A stretch of 64,000 nucleotides of DNA from an uncultured Chloroflexia bacterium. GTDB lineage: Bacteria; Chloroflexota; Limnocylindria; QHBO01. Below the pieces are notes generated by a model. It did no database searches. It saw only the letters and a program-made list of their open reading frames with translations, and was not told the origin of the DNA. Below, in pieces: positions 11,751 through 20,875 of the stretch. Positions within the stretch are counted from its first letter, which is position 1. Each line of letters starts with the position of its first letter. The DNA lies in contig CAWGTN010000002.1 of NCBI GenBank assembly GCA_963825525.1, positions 1,696,001 through 1,760,000 on the forward strand, given 5' to 3'. The position numbers were made by a program, and so were the translations under genes.

Positions 11751-12335
11751 TCAGTCGTACTCCCAGCTGCGCCGATGTTCAAGCGCCAGCCACTCGTCGC
11801 GCAGCAGGCTCATGACGTGGACATCCTCGTGAGCGCCGCGTGCGAAGTGGGCGCGGCGCAGCGTGCCCTCGTGGACGAAGCCGGCGCTGCGGTACGACCG
11901 CACGGCCCGCTCGTTGCTCGCGTACACGTGTAGCGCGATGCGCTCGAGGCGCAGCTCGCCGAAGCCGAAGTCGCAGATGGCGCGAAGTGCATCGGTCCCG
12001 TACCCCTTGTTCCACTCGCCCTTCTCGCCGATGGCGATGCCGAACTCGGCGTGGCCGCTGCGCTGGTGGACCTCGTGGAGGCCGGCGGTGCCGATCGGGC
12101 GGTCATCGGCCAGGAGGCAGATCACGAAGTGGTAATCGGTCTTGCCCTGCGCTTCGACCATGCGGTCGAACCAGCGCTCCTCCATGGCCGCGCTCAGGGG
12201 CGCGCGGTTCATGAGGTGACGCGCCACCTCGGCGTCGTTGAGCCATTCGACGAAGCGCGGGATATCGTCCTGCTCGGATGCCCGGAGATACACGTGCTTG
12301 CCCCGGATGATCCGCGCACGGTCCGAACTGCCCAT
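11751..12335 (-). CDS. GNAT acetyltransferase, RimJ/RimL family
   Basis: VYLRA, AEFGIAIGEK..WNKGYGTDA, N.RAVRSY...GFVHEG. Confidence 0.9.
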   Translation of the reverse strand: MGSSDRARIIRGKHVYLRASEQDDIPRFVEWLNDAEVARHLMNRAPLSAAMEERWFDRMVEAQGKTDYHFVICLLADDRPIGTAGLHEVHQRSGHAEFGIAIGEKGEWNKGYGTDALRAICDFGFGELRLERIALHVYASNERAVRSYRSAGFVHEGTLRRAHFARGAHEDVHVMSLLRDEWLALEHRRSWEYD

Positions 12336-12366
12336 GATCGCGAGTGTAGCGGCGGTCGCTCAGCGA

Positions 12367-13459
12367 TCAGAGCCCGACGAGCATCCAGGTCTCGTCGAGC
12401 GCCGCGTCGGAGGTGCGGCCCCCGAACAGGAACGCGCGACCGCTGACGGGGTCGATGCGCCAGCTCCGCACCTGCCCGGGCCGCCGGAGCCTCGCCGACG
12501 GGCTCGAGTCTCGCCACCGTTTCGTCATCGGCCATCAGCCAGAGATCGGCGAGATAGGTGCCGTCGACCGCCTGCCCACCGACGACGAGAGTCGCCGCGT
12601 CGAGTCTCGTCCTCGCGTACAGGTTGCGGCCCGGCGGGAGCTCGGCCTCGACCCGACGCCATGCGTCGCCTTCGAGGACCCACAGGTCGTCCAGCGCGGT
12701 GAGGCCGGTGGTCTGGCCCGCGTACAGGGCAAGGGCTCCCTCGTCCGTCCACCAGCAGCCATGAAGGCATCGCTCAACTGGCCGCCGCCCGTCTGCCGGC
12801 GTCACGTCCGACCAGGTCTCGGTCACGAAGTCGTAGGCGCGCGTGTCCGAGAACCGGGTTCCCTCCTGGGTGAAGCCGTGGCTCATCCACAACCGTCCGT
12901 CCGGCCCGACGGCGACGCACGATCCGTAGCGCGGGGTCGGCACCGCACCGCTGGCGGGCAGCTGCCGCCAGGCATCGGCCGTCGGGTCATATGCCCAGAG
13001 GTCGCTGAAGAAGGTCGTCGGTCCACCCTGACCGGCGAAGATCACGACGCCGACTCCCTCGACCCAGGCTGCTTCGTGGCCGAATCTTGGCGCGGGCGAG
13101 GCGGGCGGGCTGAGTTCGCTCCAGGTCCGATCCTCGAGATCGAAGGCCCACGTGTCGGCGAACACGGTGGTCCCGCTGCGGCCACCGAACAGGTAGGCGA
13201 TCCCGGACGAGCCCGCCACCGTCCAGGTGTGGTCCTCCCGTTGGCTCGGCCCCGCGACGTCGAGACGCTCCCATGCCAGGGTCACCGGCTCGGTGGTGGC
13301 GACGGTGGAGGCGGATGGATGGGAGGACCGGTCGCTGGGTGCGGCCGACGGTGGTGTGCTGGGCGTGGCGCCGGGATCAACCGTCGTGGGGGTCGGCGTG
13401 GCGGCGCCGCATCCGGTCACCAGCATCACCAAGGCGGCCATCATCCGGACTCGATTCAT
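12367..13459 (-). CDS. Kelch-repeat beta-propeller lipoprotein (apparent +1 indel near 12457)
   Basis: Lipobox-like VTGC, repeated R..H / LFGG / DxW blades; removing one base gives ...IDPVSGRAFLFGGR...WMLVGL*. Confidence 0.8.
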
Positions 13460-13532
13460 GGGTGACAAGCATACGCTCGGGTCGGCAGACCCCCGGATGG
13501 ATCCAATGCTGCCGCCTGCGCGTCATGTCGGC

Positions 13533-13613
13533 ATGCCAGTCGCCGAGCTTCTCTCCCTGATCGTGGCGGTGCTGCTGTGGATCGCGCTCCTCGGCACGCT
13601 CGAACAACCGTGA
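13533..13613 (+). CDS. putative 26-aa single-TM miniprotein
   Basis: MPVAELLSLIVAVLLWIALLGTLEQP fills the gap between the Kelch gene and the tRNA. Confidence 0.3.
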   Translation: MPVAELLSLIVAVLLWIALLGTLEQP

Positions 13614-13637
13614 GCCTGCTCGGCCGATGCGGAGCGA

Positions 13638-13713
<76 letters not shown>

Positions 13714-13835
13714 TCGGCCAGGGCCGCGATTCTACCCGATGGCCCCGGGCCGATCATCCGGTCAGGGCGGTGCACCACGACGCCGGGCATCTGCCCGGCG
13801 TCTGCCACGGTATCGGGATGCTCAGCGGACCACGG

Positions 13836-14054
13836 TCACGCCGCCACCCGTCGGGTGGGTCGAAGGCCGAGGATCGCGCCCGCGAGGGTGGCGACCAGTC
13901 GACGAGCCGTTGCGCGGCGGTGGGCCTGGCGGTCGACGGTCATTGAGCCATCGGCACGATCACGGACGACCTTGTGGAGCAGCGCCGCGTGGGCCTGGCG
14001 CTCCGCGTGCACGCTGTCGGCCAGCTGATGGGTCGTGAGATCGGGTGCGAACAT
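13836..14054 (-). CDS. small basic hypothetical protein
   Basis: 72 aa, preceded by a GAGGAGG RBS. Confidence 0.6.
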   Translation of the reverse strand: MFAPDLTTHQLADSVHAERQAHAALLHKVVRDRADGSMTVDRQAHRRATARRLVATLAGAILGLRPTRRVAA

Positions 14055-14309
14055 GTGATGGCCTCCTCGGATTTCGCTGGCACGTCGCCGTGCTCATCGG
14101 TACTGAACTGTCTGCGGTCATGGTCGGCCCCGGGCGGCGATCCGCGCGATCGACTGGCAGACGCCCCGGGCGTCCCCTTGCCGATGCGAACGTGGTCACC
14201 GGTGTCACACGGCACCGGTCGCCCATCCGACAACTCTTGACGGAATCCTCGACCGGAACGAGAGTGTCGGCACGACCGGATTCCAGCCCACCGCCCCGAG
14301 GGATGACCC

Positions 14310-15005
14310 GTGCCGGACCACGAACTCGCCATTGCCAGCCTCCGCCGATGCGCGCTGTTCGCCCACGTCGAAGACGATGGGCTGCGGCTTCTGGTCGGGC
14401 TCATGCGGCCGCGGCGCTTCCGCCGCAACGAGGTGGTGTTTCACCAGGGCGACGTCGGCGATGCGCTCCACATCGTGGTCGAGGGTGGCGTAAAGATCGT
14501 TCTCCCCTCGGCCGAGGGTGACGAGGCGATCATCGCCAGCCTCAAGGCGGGCGATTTCTTCGGGGAACTGGCGCTGCTGGACGGCTCGCCGAGGTCGACC
14601 ACCGCCACCGCGCTCGAGCAGACCGAGACGCTCGCGCTGCCGCGTGACCAGTTCCTTGGCCTCTTGCCGGACGATCCTCGGCTCGTGACGGCGCTCTTGC
14701 GGGCGCTCGCCGCCGAGCTCCGTCGCCTGACCGGCCACGTCGAGGAGCTTCACTTCCTGGACCTCGCGGGCCGGCTCTCCATGCGCCTCGTGCGGCTGGC
14801 GCGCGCGAGCAATCCCGATGCGGCCGACCGAGTCGAGCTCGATTGGCCGTTCACCCAGTCCGACCTGGCCGCGATGATCGGGGCGACACGACAGAGTGTG
14901 AACAAGCTCCTCAGCGGCCTGGTCGACGAGGGCCTGATCGAGATCGATCGCGACACCCTGATCATCGTGGACCTCGCGGCCCTCGAAGCACGTGGGGCGC
15001 GGTGA
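14310..15005 (+). CDS. Crp/Fnr family transcriptional regulator
   Basis: cNMP domain (FHQGD, FFGELALLDG.PRSTTA) and HTH (TQSDLAAMIGATRQSVNK). Confidence 0.95.
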   Translation: MPDHELAIASLRRCALFAHVEDDGLRLLVGLMRPRRFRRNEVVFHQGDVGDALHIVVEGGVKIVLPSAEGDEAIIASLKAGDFFGELALLDGSPRSTTATALEQTETLALPRDQFLGLLPDDPRLVTALLRALAAELRRLTGHVEELHFLDLAGRLSMRLVRLARASNPDAADRVELDWPFTQSDLAAMIGATRQSVNKLLSGLVDEGLIEIDRDTLIIVDLAALEARGAR

Positions 15006-15006
15006 A

Positions 15007-15024
15007 GTGTCCGATTTCAGACAC
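15007..15024. promoter_or_regulatory. palindromic candidate operator upstream of the repeat-peptide operon
   Basis: GTGTC-CGATTTCA-GACAC; -10-like TAGGAT at 15068-15073. Confidence 0.4.
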
Positions 15025-15223
15025 ATGGCATGTCGCATCGGCGCTTCGTCGGCTTGCGAGGCGCCGATAGGATGAGCAAAGCGCGGTACCACTGCCGCCA
15101 CCGCCACAGGAGGGTTCGGATCATGGATCTCCGCCATCGGCAGCAGCCAATGGCATCATCCGCCGGACCAGACCAGCCCGGCGGCAAGTCATTCGAACAG
15201 CGCAGTTGAGAGGGAAACCAGAC

Positions 15224-15592
15224 ATGACGGACCAGCGCGACGACAGGATCGACGACGTCGAAGGCCACGGCTTCCGCAAGGGCGCCACTGACGACAAGCC
15301 CGAAGGCAGCGACTTTCGAAGCAACTCCGACGACGATGTCGAGGGTCACGGCTTCCGCAAGGGCGCCACTGACGACGACGATGTCGAGGGCCACGGCTTC
15401 CGCAAGGGCGCCACTGACGACGACGATGTCGAGGGTCACGGCTTCCGCAAGGGCGCCACTGACGACGACGATGTCGAGGGTCACGGCTTCCGCAAGGGCG
15501 CCACTGACGACGACGATGTCGAGGGTCACGGCTTCCGCAAGGGCGCCACTGACGACGACGACACCGAAGGCCACGTGATGAACCTCAGGTAG
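15224..15592 (+). CDS. multi-cassette acidic repeat peptide (putative precursor) with D-rich VEGH-GFRKGAT units
   Basis: GAGAGGGA RBS; 122 aa; six VEGHGFRKGAT copies, one degenerate unit, terminal TEGH-VMNLR. Confidence 0.85.
   Translation: MTDQRDDRIDDVEGHGFRKGATDDKPEGSDFRSNSDDDVEGHGFRKGATDDDDVEGHGFRKGATDDDDVEGHGFRKGATDDDDVEGHGFRKGATDDDDVEGHGFRKGATDDDDTEGHVMNLR
15329..15550 (+). repeat. 45-bp coding tandem repeat, 5 copies (first is 42 bp)
   Basis: Unit GACGACGACGATGTCGAGGG(T/C)CACGGCTTCCGCAAGGGCGCCACT; variation is synonymous. Confidence 0.95.
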
Positions 15593-15605
15593 CAGGTCGC
15601 TATCT

Positions 15606-16382
15606 GTGGACCAGGAGTCCCAGGCCGCGCTCACCGCACTCGTTGCGGGGGCGCGGCGTTCTGCCGTCGGTCGCCGGTTGCAGGGCGACATCGAGACCCG
15701 GCTGCTGCAGAGCATCGTTGACGCCACCGTCCGCCTGTTCGACGCGGAGGCGGCGTCAATCGCCCTGTTCGAGCAGGACCCCGATCGCCTGGAGTTTCGC
15801 GTTGCGGCCGGTGAACAGGGGGCCGGCGCCGTTGGACTGACCGTGCCGCCAACGCAGGGCATTGCCGGATTTGTCTATTCGACCGGCCAGGCGCTGTCGC
15901 TGTCCGACGTCGCCAACGATCCGAGATTCAACCGCGACGCGGCTGAACAGACCGGATACGTGCCACGCTCGATTGCGGCCGCGCCCCTCCTGGATGAGGA
16001 AGGTGCCGTCGGTGTCCTGCAGGTCCTGGACAAGCGCGGATCGCCGACATTCTCCCTGCAGGACATGGAGCTCCTCGGCGTGTTTGCCGCGCAGGCGACG
16101 GTCGCGATCTCGGCGGCCAAGGTCCAGCGCGACACGGAGCGTCTGCTTCGCTCCACGATCGGGCGGGTCGGGCCGGACCTGGGCGACGAGGCCATCGAGC
16201 AGCTCGTCTCGTCGGCCACCATCGGCCTCGACGTCGACGATGAAGCGCCCTTCTGGCGACTGGTCGACCAGGTGGCGCGACTTCGGTCGCTGAGCGATGG
16301 CGAAGTCGCGCTGGTCACCGACATCCTGTCCGTGGTCGCCGACCACGCCGGACGCCGGCGACGCCCACAGGCTGGGCGGTGA
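15606..16382 (+). CDS. stand-alone GAF domain protein
   Basis: AASIAL, GIAGFVYSTGQ, DVANDPRF, TGYVPRSIAAAPL, VGVLQVLDK, FSLQDMELL. Confidence 0.9.
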   Translation: MDQESQAALTALVAGARRSAVGRRLQGDIETRLLQSIVDATVRLFDAEAASIALFEQDPDRLEFRVAAGEQGAGAVGLTVPPTQGIAGFVYSTGQALSLSDVANDPRFNRDAAEQTGYVPRSIAAAPLLDEEGAVGVLQVLDKRGSPTFSLQDMELLGVFAAQATVAISAAKVQRDTERLLRSTIGRVGPDLGDEAIEQLVSSATIGLDVDDEAPFWRLVDQVARLRSLSDGEVALVTDILSVVADHAGRRRRPQAGR

Positions 16383-17222
16383 CCGACCAGCTTCCGGCAT
16401 GGTCTGAACCATTCGCCGACCCGCGAGGGACCCTGCGCCGTCCGCTGCGACTGCGCGGATTGACACGGCGACTGGGCGTGGGGCGGTTCCACCGGGAAGG
16501 GCATTCGCGTCGGGATCATCGACTCGGGCCTCGAGAACGCCCATCCGAGCCTCAAGGGTCGCGTCGTGCAGAACGTCACCGTCGAGCTGGGTGAGGATGA
16601 GCCCGTTGTCGTGCCCGACGGCGAGCAGGACATGTTCGGCCACGGCACCGCCTGCGGCGGGATCATCGTCGGGCTCGCCCCGGAGGTCGAGCTCGTTTCG
16701 ATTCGTGTGCTCGGCGCCGACCTCCGTGGCAAGGGCGCCGCGTTCGCCGCCGGGCTCGAGTGGGCGATCGAACAGGGGCTGGAGGTCTGCAACCTGAGCC
16801 TCTCCTCGAAGAGCGAGTCGCTGTATCCGGTCTTTCACGATCTCGCCGATCGCGCCTACTTTCGAGGGACGGCGCTGATCAGCGCGGCGAACAACGTTCC
16901 GGCGCCGAGCTATCCGTCGTTGTTCTCGTCGGTGTTCTCGGTGGCCGCTCACGGCGAGCCCGATCCTCAACGCCTCTACTACAACCCGCAGCCGCCCGTC
17001 GAGTTCGGCGCCTGGGGCGTCGACGTTCCGATCGCGTGGAAGGACGGCGGGTCAACCGTGGCGACCGGCAACAGCTTCGCCGCGCCGCACGTGGCCGGTA
17101 TCGTGGCGCTCATCCTGTCGAAGCATCCGGGCCTGAGCCCGTTCGAAGTCAAGGCGATCCTCGCCAGTGTTGCCGACAATCCCGGTCGGCGCGCCTCGCG
17201 GCGCGCGGTCAGCCGGCCATGA
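16379..17222 (+). CDS. cytoplasmic S8 (subtilisin-like) serine peptidase (apparent +1 indel near 16469)
   Basis: After removing one base: ...TRDWAWGGSTGKGIRVGIIDSG; HGTACG; SAANN; TGNSFAAPHVAG. GTGA/ATGA coupling on both sides. Confidence 0.88.
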
Positions 17223-18844
17223 GCCTGGTCTCCACCTACGTCGAGCTGTTCCGACGCAACCACGCTCTGGCGCGTCTGCTGGCGGGAGAGTTCATCTCCG
17301 GCATCGGCGACTGGCTCTACCTGGTCGCCATCCTGGTGGTGGTCTACGCGGAGAGCAATTCGGCGGTGCTCCTCGGCATCGTGGGCGCTGCGCGCATCCT
17401 GCCGTACGTCCTCCTGTCGGTTCCGGCGGGAATCGTGGCCGACCGTTTCGACCGCCGCATGGTGCTGCTGGTGACCGACGTTGCGCGCGGAGTCCTGATG
17501 TTGGTCCTGGTTGGCGCCGTGATCGTGGATGCGCCGACGATCGCCATCGTGGGCCTTTCGATCCTGGCCGCCTGCTTCTCGACATTCTTCGGGCCGGCCA
17601 TCGCCGCGCTGCTGCCGATGCTGGTCGACGAGAGCGACCTCGGTCCGGCGAACAGTGCCTGGGCGACGCTCGACAACGTGGCCTTCATCGTGGGTCCGGC
17701 CCTGGCCGGCGTCCTGTTGGCGAGCGGCGGGCTTGAGTTCGCTTTCCTGCTGAATGCCGTGTCCTTCGGCGTCGTGGCCATCGTCCTGTGGCGGCTGCCG
17801 GTGCCGCGTCGCGCCCCGCCCAGCCAGGAACCGGGCGCCGAATCCTCCGAGGCAGAGCCAACATGGCGACACCTCGTCCGACCCATGGCCGGGCCGTTCG
17901 TTCTCGACTCGGCGACGAGCTTCGTGGGGGGCGGCGTGGGCGTCATGACCGTGGTCATCGCCGTCGACGTGCTCAGCTCCGGTGAGGCAGGCACGGGCTA
18001 CCTGAATGCTGCGACCGGCGTGGGCGGAGTGATCGCCGGGATCGCCGGTGGCGCGCTGCTGGCGCGACGGCTCGGCGTGCCACTGGCCATCGGTGGCGCG
18101 GCGGGAGCGATCGGGCTGGCCTGGCTGGCAATCGCCGGCGATCTCCTGACCGCCATGCTGGCCATCGGGGTGGCGGTGGCCGGCCTGCTGCTCCTGGACG
18201 TGGTGAACACCACGCTCATCCAGCGCATCGTTCCGGATGATCTTCGCGGTCGAGCGATGGGCGTGCTGCAGACGACGTCCGCCGTCCTGTATGCCCTCGG
18301 GTCACTGGTCATGCCGTTGCTGGCGAGCGTGATCGGCGTTCCCTACGTCCTCGTCGGCTCGCTCGTGATCGTGGTTGCCGGGGTCGTCGTTGCCCTCGTG
18401 CTGTCGCCCGCTGAGGGTGTTCCGACCCAGCTCGACCCGCGGCGCGCGCGGTTGCTCGAGCACTCGATCTTCCGAGGGCTGCCGACCGGACGGCTGGAGT
18501 CCGCCGCGCGCCAGCTCATCGAGGTCCCGATGGAGGCCGGCACCGTGATCATTCGCCAGGGCGACGTGGCGGATCGCTTCTACCTCATCGGCGACGGATC
18601 GGTGGCGGTGACGCAGGAGCCCGACGGCGGCGGAGCCCAGGAGCATCTCCGCGACCTCGGGGAGGGAGACGTATTCGGCGAGATCGGCCTCCTGCGCCGA
18701 TCACCTCGCACCGCGACCGTGACCGCCACCAGCAGCGGCACGCTCCTCGCGCTCGACGCGCCGATCTTCCGCGAGCTCGTCGGATCCGGGCCCGGTCTGA
18801 GCACGCGGCTGCTCGACCTCTACCGCGGGGCGCTCGCTCGCTGA
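17219..18844 (+). CDS. MFS transporter (DHA3/MefA-like) fused to a C-terminal cyclic-nucleotide-binding domain
   Basis: FISGIGDWLY, motif A (GIVADRFDRR), QRIVPDDLRGR; C-terminal IRQGD..DRFY, FGEIGLL...RTATV. Confidence 0.9.
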   Translation: MSLVSTYVELFRRNHALARLLAGEFISGIGDWLYLVAILVVVYAESNSAVLLGIVGAARILPYVLLSVPAGIVADRFDRRMVLLVTDVARGVLMLVLVGAVIVDAPTIAIVGLSILAACFSTFFGPAIAALLPMLVDESDLGPANSAWATLDNVAFIVGPALAGVLLASGGLEFAFLLNAVSFGVVAIVLWRLPVPRRAPPSQEPGAESSEAEPTWRHLVRPMAGPFVLDSATSFVGGGVGVMTVVIAVDVLSSGEAGTGYLNAATGVGGVIAGIAGGALLARRLGVPLAIGGAAGAIGLAWLAIAGDLLTAMLAIGVAVAGLLLLDVVNTTLIQRIVPDDLRGRAMGVLQTTSAVLYALGSLVMPLLASVIGVPYVLVGSLVIVVAGVVVALVLSPAEGVPTQLDPRRARLLEHSIFRGLPTGRLESAARQLIEVPMEAGTVIIRQGDVADRFYLIGDGSVAVTQEPDGGGAQEHLRDLGEGDVFGEIGLLRRSPRTATVTATSSGTLLALDAPIFRELVGSGPGLSTRLLDLYRGALAR

Positions 18845-18848
18845 CCGA

Positions 18849-19793
18849 TCAGCCGGGGAGATCGCCCGTCAGGAGGCGTCGGTAGGAGTCGTAGCGTGCC
18901 TCGGACACGGCCCCGGCCTCCACCGCCGCGCGCAATCCGCAGCGCGGCTCATGGAGGTGCGTGCAGTCGTTGAAGGCGCATGCCCCCAGGTGCGACCGAA
19001 ACTCGGGGAAACACGACGCCAACTCGGTCGACGGGATCTGCCACAGGCCGAGCTCGCGGATGCCGGGTGTATCGGCGACGTATCCGCCCTGCGGTCCGTC
19101 CAGAGGATGCAGCTCCGCGTGGGTGGTGGTGTGCTTGCCCTTCCCGCTCTCCGTCTCCGAGACCTCGCCCGTCACCAGCTGGAGGCCGGGCTGCAGGGCA
19201 TTGAGCAGCGTCGACTTCCCGACGCCGGACGGTCCGGTGACGATCGCCAGTTTGCCGGCGAGACGACTCCGCAGCTCTTCGAGGCCGATATCGGCCTTGG
19301 CACTGGCATACACGACGTCATAGCCGATGCGTTCGTACGGGCCGAACAGGGCGCGCGCCGCTTCCGATCCGACCAGGTCGACCTTGTTGGCCACCAGCAG
19401 CACCGGGACCTCGTTGTACTCCGCCACCACCAGGAAGCGGTCGATCAGGCGAGGGTTCGGTGGCGGCCGGTCGGTCGAGAAGACGACCGCCACGAGATCC
19501 GGATTGGCGACGATGACGTCCTCGCGCCAGGAGCCGCGGGGCCCGGGTTGGCGACGGCTGAAGCGCCCGGACCGTGGCTCGACCGCCGCGATGGCACCCG
19601 TCCCGTCAGGTAGCCGTTCGACCGAGACTCGATCGCCGATCACCGCCAGGTCGCTGGCCTGGCGTTCCTTCTTCATCCGACCGCGGAGGCGAGCTTCGAT
19701 GAGGGTTCCATCCGCTGTCTCGACGGTGTAGAAGCCGGAACGCGCCCGCAGCACGAGTCCCTCGTGCGTGGTGGGCTCATCCGAAGCTGGCAT
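18849..19793 (-). CDS. rsgA: ribosome small subunit-dependent GTPase A
   Basis: NKVDL, GPSGVGKST, GKHTTT, DTPG, C.F.DC.H..EP.C zinc site. Confidence 0.95.
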   Translation of the reverse strand: MPASDEPTTHEGLVLRARSGFYTVETADGTLIEARLRGRMKKERQASDLAVIGDRVSVERLPDGTGAIAAVEPRSGRFSRRQPGPRGSWREDVIVANPDLVAVVFSTDRPPPNPRLIDRFLVVAEYNEVPVLLVANKVDLVGSEAARALFGPYERIGYDVVYASAKADIGLEELRSRLAGKLAIVTGPSGVGKSTLLNALQPGLQLVTGEVSETESGKGKHTTTHAELHPLDGPQGGYVADTPGIRELGLWQIPSTELASCFPEFRSHLGACAFNDCTHLHEPRCGLRAAVEAGAVSEARYDSYRRLLTGDLPG

Positions 19794-19828
19794 CGGAACG
19801 AGTCTAGTGCGGCCGGTAGCATGGCGGC

Positions 19829-20875
19829 GTGGACCACGTCGTCGCCCGCTATGAGCGCATCGTGTCCGATTGGTCCGCCCGGACCGCGGATCCGATGGAT
19901 CTCGTGCGCCTCGCCGCCGACGCCGCGCGGCTGGCCGCGGATGCGAGTCCAGGCTGGTACGGCTCCCAGAGTGGCGCGCTGCGTGCCGCCGCGCTGGCCG
20001 CTGCGGGCCATCCACCGGACATCGCGGTCATCATCGATGCGGATCTGCCGCCGGTCGATCCCACTGCGCCGGCTCGCCTCGCCGATCTGCTGCCCGGTGA
20101 CGGGCCGCTCCACGAGCGCATCCATCGCCATCGCGCGACGATGTTGATCCCGCCGGACCGGCTCGCCGAAGTTGCGGCTCGGCTGCTGCGATTGTTCCAG
20201 CGCCGAGCGACCGAGGACCTTGAGCTCGGCCAGGGCGTGCCGCTGGAGATCGGTCTCGCTCGACCGCGGAACGCCGGACCGGCAGAGGTGGAGTTGCCTG
20301 CAAGTTCGCCCCGCCTGAAGCTCGACTCCGGCCGAGCCTGGACCGCCGAGGCGTTGGCGCGGTGCATCACCGGGCGGGGAGTCCCCGGCGACTACCTCTT
20401 CGCCACGCTCCGGCCCGCGAGGCCGTCGTGGCATCCCAGCCCCCAGGACACCGTGGACCATGGGCTGCGCGCCGTAGGTCGCGAGGTGCTGCTGAGCGAC
20501 CACGAGCTGGGTCACGAGTTGCAGCGCATCGGGCGAGGCATCGGCGTGCCATGGGACGCCGAGCTGATCCTCGGCGTCTGGCGCGCAACCGATGATCTTG
20601 CGCCGGCACGGGCGGCGGCATTGGCAGCGGCAGTCACCCGCCACGAGCGCCGAACTCGAGTCCCTGGGCATGGCGCCGACGGTCGGCCGCCTCCGTCGTC
20701 GAGCGGGCTTCGGACCCGCTGGAGCGGGCACGCTGGGTGGCGAGGGCGGCCGGCCCACCCCTGGTTCGTCGGTGGCTGACGGTCACCGGCCAGACCGTCG
20801 GACTCGGACGCCTGGTGCGCGAACATCTCGTCCCGTCCCAGCTGCGCGTGGAGGTCGGGAATGCCGGAGCATTGA
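19829..20875 (+). CDS. hypothetical protein (probable indels in the 3' third)
   Basis: Long ORF with a leaderless-type promoter; plausible C-terminus LVRRWL...RLVREHLVPSQL lies in another frame. Confidence 0.45.

Noticed and set aside
15329-15550. Tandem repeat as a CRISPR array
   Set aside because: No unique spacers, the 45-bp in-frame units vary only synonymously, and there are no cas genes.
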